NCBI GenBank assembly: GCA_963811105.1
Contig: CAWEPZ010000009.1
Location: forward strand, 160,001 to 224,000
Direction: 5' to 3'
From: Candidatus Bathyarchaeota archaeon
GTDB taxonomy: Archaea; Thermoproteota; Bathyarchaeia; Bathyarchaeales; Bathycorpusculaceae
DNA length: 64,000 bases
Of this stretch, positions 60,537 through 64,000 are shown one piece after another (the stretch's first letter is position 1; every line of letters begins with the position of its first letter). Position numbers and translations under genes: made by a program. The notes beneath the pieces were generated by a model. It did no database searches. It had not been told where the DNA came from and worked only from the letters and a program-made list of their open reading frames with translations.

Positions 60537-61006
60537 TTACGTCAAAGTTAGCCGCGAACTTGTATCTATTAACTCGAGGATGATTCCCAGAAGCTGCTTA
60601 GTGTCCATGTAGTAGAAAATATTGTCACCGACCCTGCCATTCATGAGCACATCGACACCCATTTCCTTCAGCGAGGCGAGCGCCACTTTAGGGTCCTTAA
60701 CACTCCACTGGACATGATGAAGACCCTCGCCTCTCTCCTCAAGAAACTCCTTCCAAATGCTGGGGCCATCAAGTGGCTGTATCAGTTCCAGCTGAATGTT
60801 ACCGCTCTGGGCAATTGCGGCCAATATTGAAGCCTCAACAGGTTTCCCACGTAGGCTCACATCCGTGAGGATCGGCGGCTCCATTCTGACAATCTGCCAA
60901 GGACCGATACCCAACGTAGCCCAATAGTCATCCACTGCTTTCTGCAGATCTTGACAACGATTCCGCTATGAATTATCTCGCCTATCTTTATTTTTGGTAC
61001 GACCAA
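60537..61006 (-). pseudogene. VOC/methylmalonyl-CoA epimerase-like protein with 5' frameshift
   Basis: QLELIQPLDGPSIWKEFLEERGEGLHHV, YMDT...ILELI; N-terminal IHSGIVVK lies in another frame. Confidence 0.75.
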
Positions 61007-61268
61007 ATTACTCACAGTTTTTGTCCTCTAGTTTCAAACTAAACAATTGACTTATTAACCGTTTGTTGTTGCGTGGCAATCACCAAGAACACCCAGTTAC
61101 ATAGCTCAGAAGCGACGTTGTAAAGCTTGAGCGGTGCCCTGGTTAACAGAGTTAGTAACCTCTATATGTGAAAGTTTAGTATATTTCCTGAAAAGGACGA
61201 ATCCTCTTTAAACGTAAACTATTTATTTTTCGCGAATTTAATCAAGAAATAACAAGAGTGCTTTTGTT

Positions 61269-62027
61269 ATGGATATTAAGTTGAAAGATGATTTTATAGT
61301 TGCGTGGAAGCGTTTTTTTGGCGAAGCTGAACTTCCAATCACTTTTTACTACACAAACGAAGAAGGCCACGCAGAACTTGTTAAACCTAGTTCTGGTCAA
61401 AGATGCGTCTTTGCTGATCTTTCCAATGTCAGAAATGGCAAACCAATATGTTTTGATGCTCAGTCAATTGGTTGTTTTGGCGGACGAAAATTCTTAGGTT
61501 TCAGCGAGAAAGTCATACCTAACTTTGAATACTTCCTATCCTGTGGAATTCCAGACAAGCTGGAAGGTGAACGCTACAAAAAAACTCCAGAAATTGCCAC
61601 TGAATTTCTCAAACACGTGCCAAAATTCAAAGCACCGGCAAAGTTCATAGTCTTCAAGAAGTGGGATCAACTGGATGAGTCAGATAAACCAGAAGTCATA
61701 ATTTTCTTTGCCCAACCTGATGTTCTCTCAGGTCTTTTCACGCTAGCTAATTTTGACGAAACAGATCCTAACAGTGTAATAACTCCTTTTGCCCCCGGAT
61801 GCTCATCTATTGTGCAGTACCCTTTATTTGAGAAAGATACGGCCAGACCAAGAGCGGTCACAGGATTATTTGATGTTTCAGCACGCCCATTTGTTCCCGA
61901 GAATACGCTAACTTTTTCGGTACCTATGCACAAGTTCGAGCAAATGGTTCAAAATATGGACCAAAGCTTCTTAATAACAAAGTCATGGAAGGCGGTTCAG
62001 AAAAGGATTCAAGCCACAAAAAAGTAA
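61269..62027 (+). CDS. DUF169 family protein
   Basis: IGCFGG..FLGF, GERYKKTPE, PEVIIFFAQPDVLSGL, PGC, FDVSAR. Confidence 0.85.
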   Translation: MDIKLKDDFIVAWKRFFGEAELPITFYYTNEEGHAELVKPSSGQRCVFADLSNVRNGKPICFDAQSIGCFGGRKFLGFSEKVIPNFEYFLSCGIPDKLEGERYKKTPEIATEFLKHVPKFKAPAKFIVFKKWDQLDESDKPEVIIFFAQPDVLSGLFTLANFDETDPNSVITPFAPGCSSIVQYPLFEKDTARPRAVTGLFDVSARPFVPENTLTFSVPMHKFEQMVQNMDQSFLITKSWKAVQKRIQATKK

Positions 62028-62378
62028 ATTGTCATGCTCAATTTTCTTTTCCAAAATAGTTTAGTGCTGGACCATAACGCCATGCCGCAAACCCGATTAT
62101 AATCAAAAACAAGAATACCCAGATATTACCTGATTAACGAAAGAAGATAAACGGCATTAGGTTTATTTTGGACTCGTTGTATCCCCAATCTAAATTCTAA
62201 AATCTCACGATGCATCATTCAATGATAGGTCTAAATAAAATCTTGTAAATAATTTCGGTTTCTTAATTCGTTGTCCCCTCTAGAAGGGGGCAAACAAACG
62301 AACAAAAAAAATTATTTGCAAGTTCTTACAAAGACATAAGCCCATAGACTGAAGTATCTTAAGATTGAGGAATTTAGA

Positions 62379-62825
62379 ATGAGGACTCAGCAAGTTCAAA
62401 GTAAGCCTACCGCAGCTTGTATTCTTTCATTAACTGGAGGAATATTTGGCATAATTATGTCCTTGATAATAATCGGGTATGCGACATCACATTTAGTTCA
62501 AGAAGGTTCGGTAAGTATCTTTAGGATTTTTTCAATAACTTCAGGCATAGGAATCTGGTTCTTGATATCCGCAATGGTGGTGCTTTTTTCAGCAGTCAAG
62601 CTGAACGCCAACCCAATAGAGCACACGAAGTGGGGCATAATAATACTTGTCTTCCCAACCATTGGCTGGGTCCCACTACTTTTCATAAGCATAGTCTTGG
62701 GGTTTTGGTATAACCCGATAATAATATTCTCAATCGCTTTCCTGAGCACATTTCTTGTTTTTATAGGCGGAATCTCGACATTATTGTATATCCCAAAGTT
62801 CAAACCCACCCTTAAGCCGTCTTAA
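62379..62825 (+). CDS. Hypothetical membrane protein
   Basis: KPTAACILSLTGGI, HTKWGIIILV, 4 TM; GAGG RBS. Confidence 0.7.
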   Translation: MRTQQVQSKPTAACILSLTGGIFGIIMSLIIIGYATSHLVQEGSVSIFRIFSITSGIGIWFLISAMVVLFSAVKLNANPIEHTKWGIIILVFPTIGWVPLLFISIVLGFWYNPIIIFSIAFLSTFLVFIGGISTLLYIPKFKPTLKPS

Positions 62826-63272
62826 TTGTTTAATTCCCTCTTTCTCCGAAAACAACTGAAATAAATTTAGAAGCATAAAATTTGTTTTCACAAATTTAGA
62901 AGATAAACGACTTAATCAAAGAAGAGGACCACCAAAATAACGAAAGTTTATACTCCTCGCTCAAAAACACACCAGCCAACTCCAAAGAAGTTTTAGCAAA
63001 ATAAGATAATAAAAAGACTCCATATGTGGTTAAGGGAAATACCAGTGAGTAGCGTGCAAAAGTCTATGATATCAACATGCTCATCGAAGAATACCGATGG
63101 GCACGACAGCACTTTCTCATCGGTTATTCTCGTTTAATTGATTAATTTTCATTCAGGATTCAAAATAGTCGCAGAGGTACTGTCCTTATTCACATCCAAA
63201 CCAAAAACAACGGCGCTCATAGTATGGCGTGAGCGCTGCCCTTAACACTATCCATATCATCAGTCTGGTTCA

Positions 63273-63297
63273 GGTTCAAATCTCGGCGACCGCACCA
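63273..63297 (+). repeat. att-like copy of tRNA-Gly 3' end
   Basis: 25-bp identity to 58751-58775; upstream sequence is not tRNA-like. Confidence 0.85.
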
Positions 63298-63374
63298 CTA
63301 ACGCCTCCTTAATTTTCAGGTTCTGTTACCTTTTTTAGATAGCTTTCGGTTAACAGAAAGTAAGGTGTTGAAGA

Positions 63375-63638
63375 ATGGCGTCTGAAGGAAAACTTGACCA
63401 ATTAATTAAGCAAAAAAGGGCTTTTTTAGAAGCTTCCGTAAAAGATTACTCTGCCGGCGGGAATGATATGCTTGATGATGTTGAAGCTTTGCTTGAAGAG
63501 GCGAAGGCAGAAATTACTCATCGCTTGGAGCTTGCAAGTTGTTTAAAAGAAGATGCAGGGGATGCGGCTTGGCGCAAAGAGTGCCTTTCAACATTTGAAG
63601 AATGGCTTGAAAAATGGTTTGGAAAAGGCCATCTTTAA
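63375..63638 (+). CDS. Hypothetical helical protein
   Basis: 87-aa ORF with AGGTG RBS, ends WLEKWFG. Confidence 0.6.
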   Translation: MASEGKLDQLIKQKRAFLEASVKDYSAGGNDMLDDVEALLEEAKAEITHRLELASCLKEDAGDAAWRKECLSTFEEWLEKWFGKGHL

Positions 63639-63701
63639 GTAGTCTCTTTTCTAAGACAAAGCCTGATTAGTGCATTACTTTAAGAAACAAAGAAAAAGAA
63701 A

Positions 63702-64000
63702 CTAGTTTACTTCGTTGCTATCAATCTTTCTAGCCATTTCAGAGACTATCTTCGTGAACGGATGATCGGGTTTGTCCTGAACAAAAATCAAGTTGCCTTC
63801 CGCCCTTAGAATTTCGCAGAAACAAGGTACAATGCCCAACAGAGGTACCTGATAAACCGATTTAACTTTAGCACCTATTTCAGACTTCTTCGCTGTAGCT
63901 GATGGATCAATTACCTTGTTTAAAACTAAACCAGTTTTCTTCTCGAACAAGTTATAAAGCTCTTTTAGCATGCGTTTTGTTCCATCAACATCTGAACGGT
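63702..64000 (-). CDS. MinD/ParA-family ATPase, C-terminal part (runs off window)
   Basis: GLVLNKV, LLGIVP, PDHPF. Confidence 0.8.
   Translation of the reverse strand, partial: RSDVDGTKRMLKELYNLFEKKTGLVLNKVIDPSATAKKSEIGAKVKSVYQVPLLGIVPCFCEILRAEGNLIFVQDKPDHPFTKIVSEMARKIDSNEVN

Larger units (their letters stand above)
58751..63297. mobile_element. Putative degenerate integrated island bounded by tRNA 3'-end direct repeats
   Basis: Identical 25-bp GGTTCAAATCTCGGCGACCGCACCA at 58751-58775 and 63273-63297. Confidence 0.6.

Noticed and set aside
16304-61006. Selenocysteine/pyrrolysine readthrough or programmed frameshifting explaining broken genes
   Set aside because: Breaks are mostly indels with mixed stop types and no consistent slippery or SECIS-like signals

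Overview
AT-rich archaeal chromosomal segment. The gene repertoire (TBP, pelota, TFS, CdvB/ESCRT-III, AK6, expanded PQQ-like beta-propeller surface proteins, SSV-type integrase remnants) suggests Bathyarchaeia (inference). The intact core carries RNase P RNA, tRNA thiolase, tbp, pelota, a K+-independent membrane H+-PPase, proBA, and a 10-gene complex-I-like group 4 [NiFe]-hydrogenase operon with complete Ni-binding motifs. An FrhB/FpoF-like protein fused to a CBS pair lies just upstream of that operon. Accessory, decaying regions occupy about 11.8-14.9 kb (small ORFs separated by a recurring GC-rich motif), 16.3-17.9 kb (shattered tyrosine integrase) and 54.8-63.3 kb. The last holds an IS5-family element with TIRs and an 8-bp TSD, tRNA-Gly(GCC), a damaged intron-containing tRNA-Gly(TCC), and a 4.5-kb island bounded by a 25-bp tRNA 3'-end repeat. 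Best leads: (1) FrhB-CBS next to the NiFe complex-I-like operon; (2) a second pelota/aRF1 paralog lacking the N-domain and GGQ (Balon-like architecture); (3) the repeat-punctuated small-gene array; (4) unannotated ncRNA-like elements, including a clear box C/D sRNA candidate. All calls are by-eye motif reading; no searches were run.
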